A DNA stretch of 64,000 bases, taken from the NCBI GenBank assembly GCA_964474025.1, contig CAYYRD010000008.1, positions 53,593-117,592 on the forward strand. The letters run 5' to 3'. The number at the start of each line of letters is the position of its first letter. The first letter of the stretch is position 1. Shown here one piece after another: positions 8,571 to 19,200 of the stretch. The notes under the pieces were generated by a model. It ran no database searches. It was not told where the DNA came from and saw only the letters and a list, made by a program, of their open reading frames with translations. The DNA comes from an uncultured Dehalococcoidales bacterium. Lineage in GTDB: Bacteria; Chloroflexota; Dehalococcoidia; Lucifugimonadales; Lucifugimonadaceae. A program made the translations under genes and the position numbers.

Positions 8571-10262
8571 CTACGTCGAGATTCCTGATCGCTCGATCAT
8601 ACCCGCCGATGGTGAGACGTTTCCGTTTTCAGATTCGTCCAGGGGCATTGTGTGCTGTGCGCCCTCCCTGAGGGTATCGACAGCCGCGCCCACAAATTCA
8701 CGGAACAACGGATGTGGCCGGTCAGGCCGGGACGCGAACTCCGGGTGGAACTGTGAGCCGACCATGAACGGATGGCCCTCCACCTCGCTGATCTCCACCA
8801 GGGAATCGTCAGGGGCTGTTCCGCTCGATATCAGGCCGGACTCGTTGAACCGTTCTCGATAGTCGTTGTTCAACTCATACCGGTGGCGGTGGCGTTCGTT
8901 GACGAGTTCAGCGCCGTAAGCATCCGCGGCGATGGTCCCAGATGTCAGCTTGCACGGGTAAAGACCGAGGCGCATCGTGCCCCCGGTCGTGCCCAGCTCA
9001 CGTTGCCCGGGGAGATACGCGATTACGTGATCTTCCGAACCGGGATCAAACTCCGCGGAGTTTGCGTCTTCCAGCCCGAGAACGGACCGGGCGAACTCGA
9101 TCACCATCACCTGCATGCCCAGGCAGAGTCCGAGATAAGGAATCCCGCGCTCGCGTGCGTAGCGCGCGGCCGAGACCATCCCTTCTACGCCCCGCTCTCC
9201 GAATCCGCCGGGAACCACGATCCCGGATGCACGGCTGAGCACGTGGTCGGGACCCTGCTCTTCAATGTCCTCGGCCTTGATCCAATCGATCACGACCTCA
9301 CAGTCCTGGGCGAGCGCGGCATGTCGGAGCGCCTCTATAACGGAGAGGTAGGAGTCCGGTAGTTCTACGTACTTGCCGACGATGGCGATCCGTACCGCCC
9401 GTTTGGGGTCGCGAAGTTTCTCGACCATGTCGGACCATGCCGAAAGGTCAGCGCTTCTGGTGATACCCAGGCGACCGGCAAGGAAATCGCCGAAACCCTG
9501 CTCTTCAAGGCTTAGCGGGACTGCGTAAACCGTGTCCAGGGTTTCCAGGCCGATGACGGCCTCGGTCGGCACGTCACAGTAGAGGGAGATCTTTTCTCGC
9601 AGGCCCAGGTCCACCTCGTAGTCACTCCGGCAGATTATGGCGTCTGGCTGTATGCCGATGCCGCGAAGCGCCTGGACGCTGTGCTGCGTGGGCTTCGTCT
9701 TCAACTCGCCGGTCGAGCCGAGATAAGGCAAAAGGGTGAGGTGGACGTATGTGGCGTTGTCCCGTCCTACGTCGTTCCGCATCTGCCTTATGGCTTCTAG
9801 GAAGGGTAGGCCCTCGATGTCACCCACGGTGCCGCCGACCTCGATCACGGCGACATCCGCTCCGCTTTCATCCGCGAGCTGGTGGATCCGTTCCTTTATA
9901 AGGTTGGTAACGTGGGGAACGGTCTGGATGGTCCCGCCGAGGTAGCGGCCGTTACGCTCCCTGGAGATGACGTCTGAGTAAATCTGCCCCGCTGTGACGT
10001 TGGAGACGGCGGTTAGCTCGACGTCGATAAAACGCTCGTAATGACCGAGGTCCAGGTCGGTCTCCGAGCCATCTCCGGTCACAAATACCTCGCCGTGCTG
10101 GTAGGGAGACATCGTCCCCGGATCCACGTTCAGGTAGGGATCGAGCTTCATCACGGCGATGCTGGCGCCGCGATTCTTGAGCATCCGCCCGATGGAGGCG
10201 ACGACTATTCCCTTGCCCAGGGAACTAACGACGCCGCCAGTCACGAACACATACTGGGTCAA
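8571..10262 (-). CDS. pyrG: CTP synthase
   Basis: [31 protein letters not shown]...[22 protein letters not shown] plus a glutaminase domain (GLCLGMQ). TTG 10262 is preceded by AAGGAGG at 7 nt. The track ORF start at 10322 is probably too long. Confidence 0.95.
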   Translation of the reverse strand: MTQYVFVTGGVVSSLGKGIVVASIGRMLKNRGASIAVMKLDPYLNVDPGTMSPYQHGEVFVTGDGSETDLDLGHYERFIDVELTAVSNVTAGQIYSDVISRERNGRYLGGTIQTVPHVTNLIKERIHQLADESGADVAVIEVGGTVGDIEGLPFLEAIRQMRNDVGRDNATYVHLTLLPYLGSTGELKTKPTQHSVQALRGIGIQPDAIICRSDYEVDLGLREKISLYCDVPTEAVIGLETLDTVYAVPLSLEEQGFGDFLAGRLGITRSADLSAWSDMVEKLRDPKRAVRIAIVGKYVELPDSYLSVIEALRHAALAQDCEVVIDWIKAEDIEEQGPDHVLSRASGIVVPGGFGERGVEGMVSAARYARERGIPYLGLCLGMQVMVIEFARSVLGLEDANSAEFDPGSEDHVIAYLPGQRELGTTGGTMRLGLYPCKLTSGTIAADAYGAELVNERHRHRYELNNDYRERFNESGLISSGTAPDDSLVEISEVEGHPFMVGSQFHPEFASRPDRPHPLFREFVGAAVDTLREGAQHTMPLDESENGNVSPSAGMIERSGIST

Positions 10263-10752
10263 GGTCGTGCCTCCTTGGAGGAACCGGGGAGCTCTGGGGA
10301 TTCGGGGGATACGGAAATGCAAGTTGGCGCAGAGGGGTTCAGAAACATCTGATCAACACCGGAGGCCCCGAACGAGAAATGTTGATTCTGACCGCCAGCC
10401 GTGACGCACGTGAGGCGTTGAGACGAGCAGCGGTCGGGTGAGTCGGGAGGAAGCCGCAGGCCGGAGGAACCGGCTTTTCAAAATGAAATCTGCGGACTCT
10501 GCGACTGATGGGGGGGGTTACCTCAAGTGGAGCCTGACACCGACTCCGAATTCGATGCTCCGAGGTTACCAGACGACCGGCTTCACGGCGAGGCCCGGGC
10601 TGGAAACCGAAACGTGGAACGGGAGAGCATGATGGCGCAGAAGAATTGCGCGAGCATTTGCAGCGCTCAACGAACGGGAGCGATCCGATACGTTCGTTCC
10701 CATCGACATACAGGATCCCAGAACTGGCCTCCCGCCGGTTACGGAGTTAGAA

Positions 10753-11922
10753 GTGAAGATCACAGACATCAAGGTCTTTCCCACGCAGGTGGGCAATCAC
10801 AGTCAGTTCCTGGTCAAGGTTGAAACAGACGAGGGATTGTACGGCTGGGGCGAGGGAGGACTGGCCAACCATGATCGGGCGGTCCGCGGGGTGATCGAGT
10901 ATTTCAAAGGCTTCTTGATCGGCGCCGACCCGCTCGACCGCGGGGCCCACTGGCAGCGCATGTACCGGGGCCAGTACTTCGAGGGCAGCCTGATCCTGAC
11001 GGCGGCGATCTCGGCCATAGACATCGCCCTGTACGACATCGCGGGCAAGGCGATGGGCGTACCCGTTTACCAGTTGCTCGGCGGCAAACAGCGTGACTAC
11101 GTCCCGGCCTTCGCCACCGTCACAGCTCCCGACGGACCCCGACTTGTCGAAGACTGCCAGATGCTCGTGGAGAAGGGTTGGAACGCGATTCGCCGTAATC
11201 TCCCGCTCATGCCGGACGGCAGCGCTGGCAGGGGGAACGAACTGTATGAGCCACGCGAGTCGATCGCCACCACAGCCGTCTGGCTAACGAAGGTGCGCGA
11301 GGCCCTCGGACCGGAACCCGTCCTCGGCATCGATGTACACCACCGCTTCTCCGTCGCCGAGGCCGCGTCCTTCTCGCAGAAGATGCCGCCGGGAACGCTC
11401 GACTTCCTGGAAGAGCCCATCCGTTCCGAGTCGCCGGAGGCCTACGAATCGCTCAGGTCCATGACCGACATCCCGTTCGCCATCGGCGAGGAGTTCTCCT
11501 CCAAGTGGGCCTTCATACCCTTTATAGAGCGTGGCCTCACAAGCTTTGTTCGCCTCGACATCTGCAACATCGGCGGCTTCACGGAGGCGATGAAGGTCGC
11601 CGGGTGGGCGGAGGCCCATTACATTGACCTCATGCCGCACAACCCCCTCGGCCCCATCTGCACCGCGGCGAGCGTCCACATGGGCGCGGCCGTCACCAAC
11701 TTCTCGTGGCTTGAGTGCAGGAACTCCCCCACCGAAAACCTGGGCAGGGACGACCGTGAGCTATTCCCCCAGCTTCTGGAACTGGAGGGTTCCCGGTATC
11801 CAGTGCCAACGGGTCCCGGGCTGGGTGTCGATGTCGACGAGAAGGTCGCCGGCGCTCGGTCAGCCGAACCGGCGCCGTTCACACATCTGCACAGGAGAGA
11901 CGGCTCGTACACAAACTTCTAG
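10753..11922 (+). CDS. Enolase-superfamily enzyme (mandelate racemase/muconate lactonizing family, sugar-acid dehydratase-like)
   Basis: MKITDIKVFPTQVGNHSQFLVKVETDEGLYGWGEGG...AISAIDIALYDIAGKAMGVPVYQLLGG. GTG start with GGAG at 6 nt. Confidence 0.85.
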   Translation: MKITDIKVFPTQVGNHSQFLVKVETDEGLYGWGEGGLANHDRAVRGVIEYFKGFLIGADPLDRGAHWQRMYRGQYFEGSLILTAAISAIDIALYDIAGKAMGVPVYQLLGGKQRDYVPAFATVTAPDGPRLVEDCQMLVEKGWNAIRRNLPLMPDGSAGRGNELYEPRESIATTAVWLTKVREALGPEPVLGIDVHHRFSVAEAASFSQKMPPGTLDFLEEPIRSESPEAYESLRSMTDIPFAIGEEFSSKWAFIPFIERGLTSFVRLDICNIGGFTEAMKVAGWAEAHYIDLMPHNPLGPICTAASVHMGAAVTNFSWLECRNSPTENLGRDDRELFPQLLELEGSRYPVPTGPGLGVDVDEKVAGARSAEPAPFTHLHRRDGSYTNF

Positions 11923-12083
11923 ACGGACCGCATTACGGTGATATCGTTACGGCCCCGAGTTAACCGGGGCCAGTAACAACCATCGAGCCGGCGACCCCGG
12001 CTAGGTGAACGATTAGCTCGATCAACGAAGCGGGCCCCGTTCGCCGATCGACCTTTCTCAATCACAGGAAGCCGGAGCCGCCA

Positions 12084-12860
12084 ATGACGAAACTGGATCT
12101 CACCGGGAAAAAGGGGGTCGTGTTTGGCGTGGCCAATGCACGATCTATCGCCTGGGCGATCTCCCAGGAACTGGCGGACGCAGGCGCTGAACTGGCTTTT
12201 GCCTATCAGAACGAACGCTTGCTTGAACCCGTCAAAAAGGCGGTCTCCGCGCTCGGCGAACCGTGCCTCGTGGAATGCGACGCTACCGACGCAGCACAGG
12301 TCGAGGCCGCGTACGAAAAGGCCGTGGGCGCGCTGGGCGGGCTGGACTTCGTCGTCCATTCAATCGCGTACGCGGAGCGGGGCGATCTTGGCGGGAATTT
12401 TTCCGAGACCGGAATCGACGGTTTCCGGACGGCGCTGGAGGTCAGCGCATACACGCTGATCCCGATCACTGCGCTCGCGGTCCCACATATGGGCGAGGAC
12501 GGAGGGGCGGTTGTCACGCTGACCTTCGACGCCTCCCAGAACGTGTACCCCGGGTACAACGTGATGGGCACGGCGAAGGCGGCGCTGGAGAACACGGTGC
12601 GCCAGCTCGCTGCCGAGTTCGGGCCGAGCTCGGTGAGGGTCAACGCGGTATCCGCCGGTCCCCTGCCGACTCTCGCCGCGCGCAGCATCCCGGGCTTTAA
12701 CGAGATGCGCCGGTCGCACGCCGCACGCGCGCCGATCGGGCGCAACATCACGCACAAAGAAGTCGCCGACGCATCGGTATTTCTGCTGAGCGACCTCGCG
12801 ACGGGGATCACCGGTCACGTGCTGCCTGTGGACGGCGGTTACGGGATCATGGGCATATAG
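12084..12860 (+). CDS. fabI: Enoyl-[acyl-carrier-protein] reductase (NADH)
   Basis: LTGKKGVVFGVANARSIAWAISQELADAGAELAFAYQ... and YNVMGTAKAALE, an SDR-type FabI signature. Confidence 0.9.
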   Translation: MTKLDLTGKKGVVFGVANARSIAWAISQELADAGAELAFAYQNERLLEPVKKAVSALGEPCLVECDATDAAQVEAAYEKAVGALGGLDFVVHSIAYAERGDLGGNFSETGIDGFRTALEVSAYTLIPITALAVPHMGEDGGAVVTLTFDASQNVYPGYNVMGTAKAALENTVRQLAAEFGPSSVRVNAVSAGPLPTLAARSIPGFNEMRRSHAARAPIGRNITHKEVADASVFLLSDLATGITGHVLPVDGGYGIMGI

Positions 12861-12965
12861 AGGTCCGTGAGACCTTGAATTTGGATTCCGGAAAGCCTGA
12901 TCCAGGGAATTCCGGAACCGCACGCTCCCGAGTATCAACGCTTTCAAATATATAAGGAGAAGACA

Positions 12966-13685
12966 TTGGCCGAGCCGACTGCCCCACTTACCGAAGCTGA
13001 ACTGGACGCAATCCGACAGCTCGACACGCCGACTATCTCGAACGCCCTGGAGTTGATAGACGGACTACGGCCCTGGACAGACGGTTTCACGCGGCCCGAT
13101 ATCGTGTGCCGTTTCCCAGAGTTCAAGACGGTAGTCGGCTATGCCGTGACCGTAGAGATCGCCTCCGCCGTTCCCGGCCGCAAATCCGTCCCGCGCGATC
13201 AGTACTGGGATTCGATAGTCGCCCAGCCCTCGCCCCGCATGATCGTCATCCATGATCGAGATGAGAAACCACTCGGCTCTTTCTGGGGCGAGGTGAACGG
13301 AAGCATCGCCAAGGGTCTCGGAGCCGTGGGGGTCGTTACAGACGGCACCGTCCGCGACCTGGACGAAGTCCGAGAGATGGGCTTCCAGTTCCTGTCGAAA
13401 GAGGTCTGCGTTTCGCACGCTTACGTGCATGCGGAGGCGCTCGGGACCACGATCGAGGTTTCCGGGATGAAGGTCAGCCCGGGCGACCTGATCGCCGCCG
13501 ACAAGCACGGCGCTATCCAGATTCCGCTCGAGGTCGCACGGGACGTTCCCCGACTGGCCGAGTTGATGGGTGTTTACGAGGCTCCCATGATCAAGGCGGC
13601 GCAGGCCCCGGGGGCGACGCCGGACAAACTGCGCGCAGCCGCCGCGGAACAGGCAGCCGTCAGAGAGAACAACGCGGCGTATTAG
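12966..13685 (+). CDS. RraA-family protein (RraA / 4-hydroxy-4-methyl-2-oxoglutarate aldolase-like)
   Basis: GSFWGEVNGSIAKGLGAVGVVTDGTVRDLDEVREMGFQFLSKEVCVSHAY matches the RraA-like fold core. Confidence 0.75.
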   Translation: MAEPTAPLTEAELDAIRQLDTPTISNALELIDGLRPWTDGFTRPDIVCRFPEFKTVVGYAVTVEIASAVPGRKSVPRDQYWDSIVAQPSPRMIVIHDRDEKPLGSFWGEVNGSIAKGLGAVGVVTDGTVRDLDEVREMGFQFLSKEVCVSHAYVHAEALGTTIEVSGMKVSPGDLIAADKHGAIQIPLEVARDVPRLAELMGVYEAPMIKAAQAPGATPDKLRAAAAEQAAVRENNAAY

Positions 13686-13933
13686 GACGTATTACTCACC
13701 GTGGGGAGTGACCGTCCCGATCCGTTGGCCCCGTCCGGCGACCGGTGCGGAGCGGCGTTGGTCCACGGTGCGAACGTCGACGGCCTTGAAGGCTGGCCTG
13801 TGCTGGCGGGCGGCCGGGCGAGGCGTGGCAACGCACCGGAGCCGGAAAGACGCAACTGTCACACACCAATTTGACGGGTGTGGGAAGTTCGGCGGCGGTC
13901 TCTCCCTCGAATGCTGTCTATCCGGCCGCGCCT

Positions 13934-14737
13934 TCACTCGCGTTTGCTTCCCGGACGCCGATCGAAGTCCGTGGTGAACCGAACGCCGAGATCGGACTCG
14001 GTACGTCCCACGTCGAACTTTTCACGCGCCCCGGGCGCTCCGATTAGATGGTATCGACGTAACCCGCCTTTCGGTTCGGAAGGCATGGATAACGCGCCGA
14101 GGCAGGCGCGGCCCACATCGTAGCGATCTATCCACGCGTCCTCGTGCATCGACCGCTCCCAACCGTCGTCGCCCCACTTCGATCTCCCCTGCTTCACATC
14201 CACGATGTCGCCCAACCGCAATCCGATCACGTCCATGCCATGAATAGCGGCGAACCAGGCGCCGACCTCTTCCTGCAGGTGCTTCGTGAGGTCGTAAATG
14301 TCGTCAGGCTGTCCGTAGTAAGGCGTATCGCCTGTTACTGATTCACCCGCCGGGCGTGTGACGTGCGTCTCTGCCGACGCGATGAATATCACCCGCCCGA
14401 TACCGGCCTCCCGCGCGGCCTCGAACACGTTGAATGTGCCGCGAACGTTCACGTCGAAAGGTTCTGCCTCACCGGCGCGGTAGTGGCCGTGTGCCAGCGT
14501 GCTCCGGACGGCGGCGTGAATCACCGCCTCCTGCCCCTCCATGGCGGCTCTCATCCCGATGTAATCCGTGATCGAGCCCGGAGTGGTTTCGACTTCCGCG
14601 TCCTCGGGCAAGACCGGGGATTCGACCGGAATATCGGGAGCCGCCAGATCAAACGCACGCACTGCGTGCTCCGTGGCCACGACCTCGGTCACGGCCTTGC
14701 CAAGCCAGCCGCGTGCGCCGGTGATCAGAACCTTCAC
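13934..14737 (-). CDS. NAD-dependent epimerase/dehydratase family protein
   Basis: MKVLITGARGWLGKAV Rossmann motif. GTG start lies 6 nt after the upstream stop. Confidence 0.8.
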   Translation of the reverse strand: MKVLITGARGWLGKAVTEVVATEHAVRAFDLAAPDIPVESPVLPEDAEVETTPGSITDYIGMRAAMEGQEAVIHAAVRSTLAHGHYRAGEAEPFDVNVRGTFNVFEAAREAGIGRVIFIASAETHVTRPAGESVTGDTPYYGQPDDIYDLTKHLQEEVGAWFAAIHGMDVIGLRLGDIVDVKQGRSKWGDDGWERSMHEDAWIDRYDVGRACLGALSMPSEPKGGLRRYHLIGAPGAREKFDVGRTESDLGVRFTTDFDRRPGSKRE

Positions 14738-14743
14738 TGCGGA

Positions 14744-16429
14744 TCAGGCACGGTCGTGTATCTCCACCGTTTGTGACGGGCCGTTAGTCATCATGACCAT
14801 GCTTTTCCCGGCGGGCCCGCCGAACGACACGATCTCGATCCGCTCCGGACGGTTGAACGCCGGGAAACTGGTGCGGGCCGCTTCTTCCGGGGATAGCTCC
14901 AGTAACCAGCGCCAGGGCGGCAGCAGCCAGTCCGGGTTGGCCTTGAACCCGTTGTGGAGTCCGGCCGCCGTCACGCGGGTCTTCGCCCACAGGTAGTCGC
15001 GCACCATGTCCTTTGACCATCCGGCATCTGTGCACACCCGGGCGTGGTCCGGGCAGAGGATCACCAGCGCCCCGCCCCCACCCTCGCGGTCGTACGGATC
15101 CGGGTCAGACCATCGGATGCCGAAATATCCGCCACCGCCTCGAATCCCGCCGGCCACGGTGTTCAGCACGCGCTCCGGGGTGAAGTTGTTAAGGTCCGCG
15201 GCGTCGATCAAGTTGCGCACCCCGGCCACCGTCACGGTGGAGGCACTCTTCGGGAATCCGCGCTCTTCAGCGAGCGACTCCCACGGGCCGCCTTCCACCG
15301 GCTCGGCGGCGCACAGCGAGAACTTGGAAGGCGCGCCGATGGTGTCCATGTCCATCTCGGTCGGGTAGTTGTGGCCGACATTCATCAGCACCAGCCGAAA
15401 CGCCCGCCCGAGGACGATGTTGACCCGCGACTGCTTGCCGGGACCGAGTGATGCCTTGCCGGTGTTCAATCCCAGTTCGTCCACGATAGGCCCGTTGAGC
15501 AGCATGATCGGCGCGTCCGGGCTTGTCGACATGAGCCACTGCCGCGCGCGAGAACCCATCTTGATGACCGCCTCACACGCGGCGATCAAGGCCGGGAGGT
15601 GTGACGGTTCGCATCCCGCCATCGCGGCGGATACAGCGATCTTCTGGACCGTCGCTATGCCCATTCCCGGGGGCAATATTCCGACGATGTGTTCCGGATC
15701 CAGTGACGTGCCGGACAGTATTTCGTTAACGCGTTCCGGTGTCGGCGGGAGCAGCGGGAGTCCATCTCCCCATCCGTTTTCCAGGAAGGCCTCGTTGAAC
15801 TGCGCCAGCGCGTCCATCTGATCTGTGCCGTCAAAATCAAGCGGCCCACCCGGCAACCGCTCCGGCAGGGGTCCGGAGTCTGCGAGGCCGGGCAGCGCTT
15901 CGGGATCGGTCAATCCCCGGACCACCACATCGATGCGCTCCGCAATGCTCGCCCGGGACCGTTCCGGCGGCACGCTCGTAATCACGTCCGGCACGACGAC
16001 GAAGGGAGCGCGAGGCATGCCGAAAACGCGTGCGCTCGCCACGGTGTCCTTCTCAAAGCCTGCGGACGCCACTGATACCGTGGGGATGCCCTTGCGCTCC
16101 AGGTAAATCATGTCGTGGACAAGCCACGACGTGCACTGCCCTCAGTCGCTTGAGGAGCCGACCACAACGTCACACTCCTCGGCCGCCCGGTCCAGCATGT
16201 CCGATGGTGTCGGGATGCTTCCCTGGTAGGTGGCCAGCTCGACGCCCGAGAAACGGTCGCTCAACATCGTACCCACCTGATCAAGGATGGCGTCTCCACC
16301 CCGTTTCCGGTTCCAGACGAGTCCCACCCGCAAACCGTCCAAGGTTGTGGGACGCGCTGCGATTTCCGTCTCGATTCCGGCCCCCTGCAGGGCGGCGACC
16401 GGGTTCATGACTGTGAGTTGGTGAGCCAT
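14744..16429 (-). CDS. GrdB/UGSC-like selenoprotein candidate (561 aa if the in-frame UGA at 16144-16142 is read as Sec)
   Basis: Track ORFs 16142..16429 and 14744..16111 are in the same frame (16144-16111=33) and separated only by TGA. The context is ...CDVVVGSSSD-U-GQCTSWLVHDMIYLERKGIPTVSV. GAGAGG Shine-Dalgarno before ATG 16429, but none before ATG 16111. Confidence 0.6.
16112..16130 (-). promoter_or_regulatory. SECIS-like stem-loop 11 nt downstream of the in-frame UGA
   Basis: mRNA GUCGUGG-CUUGU-CCACGAC: perfect 7-bp stem, 5-nt loop containing GU. Confidence 0.45.
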
Positions 16430-16622
16430 TTGGAGCCTCTCTGGCTGGTTCTGAGCGTATTACGTGCCGACTGTCTCACGAAGCTAGTCCCGCGCCCGCG
16501 GGCCGTCAACCGGAGCGGCTGTTTCCCGAACGTCACGCCGATCTCACTCTCGACCTGAATCCAGGAGATCACGGCGCGGTAACATGCCGCCGTCATGACA
16601 AGCGAACGCCTCCGGAAGCGAA

Positions 16623-18254
16623 TTGAAAGGGATGCGGCAGTTAAACAGCATCGCCCTGCGGCTAAGTCCACTACGGACCACTGATGAGCTGCGGTCATCG
16701 GTTCTCTGGGTCCGTGACGAGTTCGGCTACGACGCGATCGCTATTTACCACCATGACCCGGCCACAGGAGGCCTGCGGCTGGTGGCCGGCGGGGAGGATC
16801 TGGACACCGCAACCTGCCTGAGGCTTTTGGTCGACGCAACGACGGCGCCCGGCAAGGCGCTCATGACCGAGAAGACGGTGATGATCGCTAATGCCGCGGC
16901 GGAGGCTGATCCGGATTCAAGGTTGGCTCTCCGGAACGCCGGATCCGAGATGGCGGTCCCGATGCGGATCGGGATGCAAATGGTCGGAGTGCTTGACATC
17001 GCCAGTACCGAGACCGGCGCATTTGATGACATCGACCGGGAGACCGCAGAGGCGCTGGCCCAACTGGCAGCGATCGTGATCCAGAATGCCCAGTTGCACG
17101 GAGACCTGCAAAACGAGGTCGAAGACGTGACGGTGCTGGTCGCTATCGGACGGATCATCAACTCTTCGCTGGAAATCGACGACGTGTACGAGCCGTTCGC
17201 GCTGAACGTTGCCCGGGTGATTCCGTTCGACTGGCTGCACCTGACAGAAGTTGACACCGATCTTGACAGGGCGAGACACATGTTCATGGTGGGGCAGGAG
17301 TTCGCAGGTCGCGGTCGCGGCGAGTGGTGGCCGCTGGGAGGCACGTTTACCGAATACGTCATCGGGCACCGGACCGGCGTTACGGTCTCCGGGGAATCGC
17401 CGGAAAGGTTGAAGGAACTTTACCCTCTGCTGGCGCCGGTGATCGACGGCGGGGCGAAGTCGTTTCTGTCGGTGCCTCTGATCGCCCGGGATGAGGTGAT
17501 CGGAGCGCTACAGATGGGAACCAATGAGGGGAGTGCGTATTCACCCCGCCACATGGCGCTCGCCGAAAGGGTCGGAAACCAGATAGCCCGCGCCGTGGAA
17601 AACGCCCGCCTGTTCCGGGAGAACCGGGACCTGGGAGTTCTGGAAGAACGGAACCGGGTGGCGCGGGAGATCCACGACACCCTGGCCCAGGGATTCACCG
17701 GCATAGTGTTGCAGCTCGAGGCGGCGGAGCAGGCGCTGCAGGAAGCTCCGGAGGAGGTCTCCGAACACCTTGATCGAGCGAAGACACTGGCCCGTGGGAG
17801 CCTGCAAGAGGCGCGTAGATCCGTGTGGGACATGGTCCCGGAGACGCTGGAGCAACGGTCACTGGACAACGCGCTCGCCGACGCGGTCCGGGAGTTCGCC
17901 GAGACCGGTCCCGAGGAAACCACGTTCACGGTCGAAGGAGAGGTACGGTTCCTGCAAACAAGTGTTGAAACGGCGTTACTACGGATCTGCCAGGAATCAC
18001 TTACAAACCTGCGGAGACACGCCGGGGCGTCAGTGGCCAGCGTGAAGCTGAGTTTCGAGTCCGGCCGGGTCAAGCTGACCGTGAAGGACGATGGCAGGGG
18101 ATTTGATACAGCGGTGGCACGAGGTCGGGACGATGGCGGCGGGTTCGGGTTTATCGGGATGGAACAACGGGCACGTCTGCTACAGGGGAACCTCCTGGTG
18201 ACCAGCGGCCAGGGGGACGGAACGACTATCGAGGTAACGATGCCGACGGGATAG
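16623..18254 (+). CDS. GAF-domain sensor histidine kinase (HisKA_3 / NarX-type)
   Basis: Two GAF-like regions, then REIHDTLAQGFTGIVLQLEAAE (H-box) and an HATPase region (VKDDGRGF...GFGFIGMEQR). Confidence 0.9.
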   Translation: MKGMRQLNSIALRLSPLRTTDELRSSVLWVRDEFGYDAIAIYHHDPATGGLRLVAGGEDLDTATCLRLLVDATTAPGKALMTEKTVMIANAAAEADPDSRLALRNAGSEMAVPMRIGMQMVGVLDIASTETGAFDDIDRETAEALAQLAAIVIQNAQLHGDLQNEVEDVTVLVAIGRIINSSLEIDDVYEPFALNVARVIPFDWLHLTEVDTDLDRARHMFMVGQEFAGRGRGEWWPLGGTFTEYVIGHRTGVTVSGESPERLKELYPLLAPVIDGGAKSFLSVPLIARDEVIGALQMGTNEGSAYSPRHMALAERVGNQIARAVENARLFRENRDLGVLEERNRVAREIHDTLAQGFTGIVLQLEAAEQALQEAPEEVSEHLDRAKTLARGSLQEARRSVWDMVPETLEQRSLDNALADAVREFAETGPEETTFTVEGEVRFLQTSVETALLRICQESLTNLRRHAGASVASVKLSFESGRVKLTVKDDGRGFDTAVARGRDDGGGFGFIGMEQRARLLQGNLLVTSGQGDGTTIEVTMPTG

Positions 18255-18309
18255 GATGGCGTTAACCGCCGGACTCATCACAGGCCGGGAACAGTTTCAG
18301 GAAACAGGT

Positions 18310-18954
18310 ATGGAAGAAATCAGGTTGCTAATAGTCGATGACCACATGGTGGTCCGGGACGGGCTGGTGGCGATGCTCCAGCGCGAACCGGATCTGACGG
18401 TGGCCGGTGAGGCGCGTAACGGGCGTGAGGCGGTCGATAAGGCCCGTGAGCTGGAACCGGATGTGATCCTCATGGACCTCCGGATGCCGGAACTGGACGG
18501 CGTGGGCGCGATGCGTGAGATTCGCGAGGGCAATCCTGACGCCCGTTTTCTTGTGCTCACCACGTATGACACGGACGAAATGATCTTCGATGCGCTGGAC
18601 GTGGGGGCGAAGGGCTACCTGCTCAAAGACACGTCCCGGGAAGAGCTTTTCCGAGCCGTGCGGGCGGTGCACAAGGGCGAGTCCCTCATCCAGCCTGCGA
18701 TCGCAGCGAAAGTCCTGAACAGGCTCTCAGAGTTGTCGCACCCGCCTTCAGAGGCGGAGGGACTTTCGGATAGGGAGCTCGAGGTCCTGCAGGCCATGGC
18801 GAAGGGCGCCGGCAACAAGGACATCGCCGCATCGCTCTTCGTGACCGAGAGCACGATAAAGACCCACGTGGCCAACGTTTTTCACAAGCTCGGGGTGAAC
18901 CGGCGGACGGAGGCGGTGACCGAGGCGCTTCAGCGCGGGATCATCAAGCTTTAG
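18310..18954 (+). CDS. NarL/LuxR-family response regulator
   Basis: MEEIRLLIVDDHMVVRDGL...DVILMDLRMPELDG receiver domain plus a C-terminal LuxR HTH (LSDRELEVLQAMAKGAGNKDIA). An alternative ATG at 18256 abuts the kinase stop. Confidence 0.9.
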   Translation: MEEIRLLIVDDHMVVRDGLVAMLQREPDLTVAGEARNGREAVDKARELEPDVILMDLRMPELDGVGAMREIREGNPDARFLVLTTYDTDEMIFDALDVGAKGYLLKDTSREELFRAVRAVHKGESLIQPAIAAKVLNRLSELSHPPSEAEGLSDRELEVLQAMAKGAGNKDIAASLFVTESTIKTHVANVFHKLGVNRRTEAVTEALQRGIIKL

Positions 18955-19200
18955 CCTGCCGTCCCGGGCCGCGCCGCGCCGAACCCGTCAAAACCGCGGG
19001 CATCGTTCCTCGATGGCTGGGCCGAAAGTACGAGTCCCGGTAGTACTAACGGGGGAGACGGTACCGGGCCAGTTCGGCTTGCATGGATCAGACGGGCGAC
19101 CGATGGTGTTGTGCTGGTTCCGAGAAGACCATTGTGGCAAAGGGGCGCACCGCTTGCCTGCCCCGGTACTTCACGAAGCCGGTCGCTTCGGGAGAGTCAC

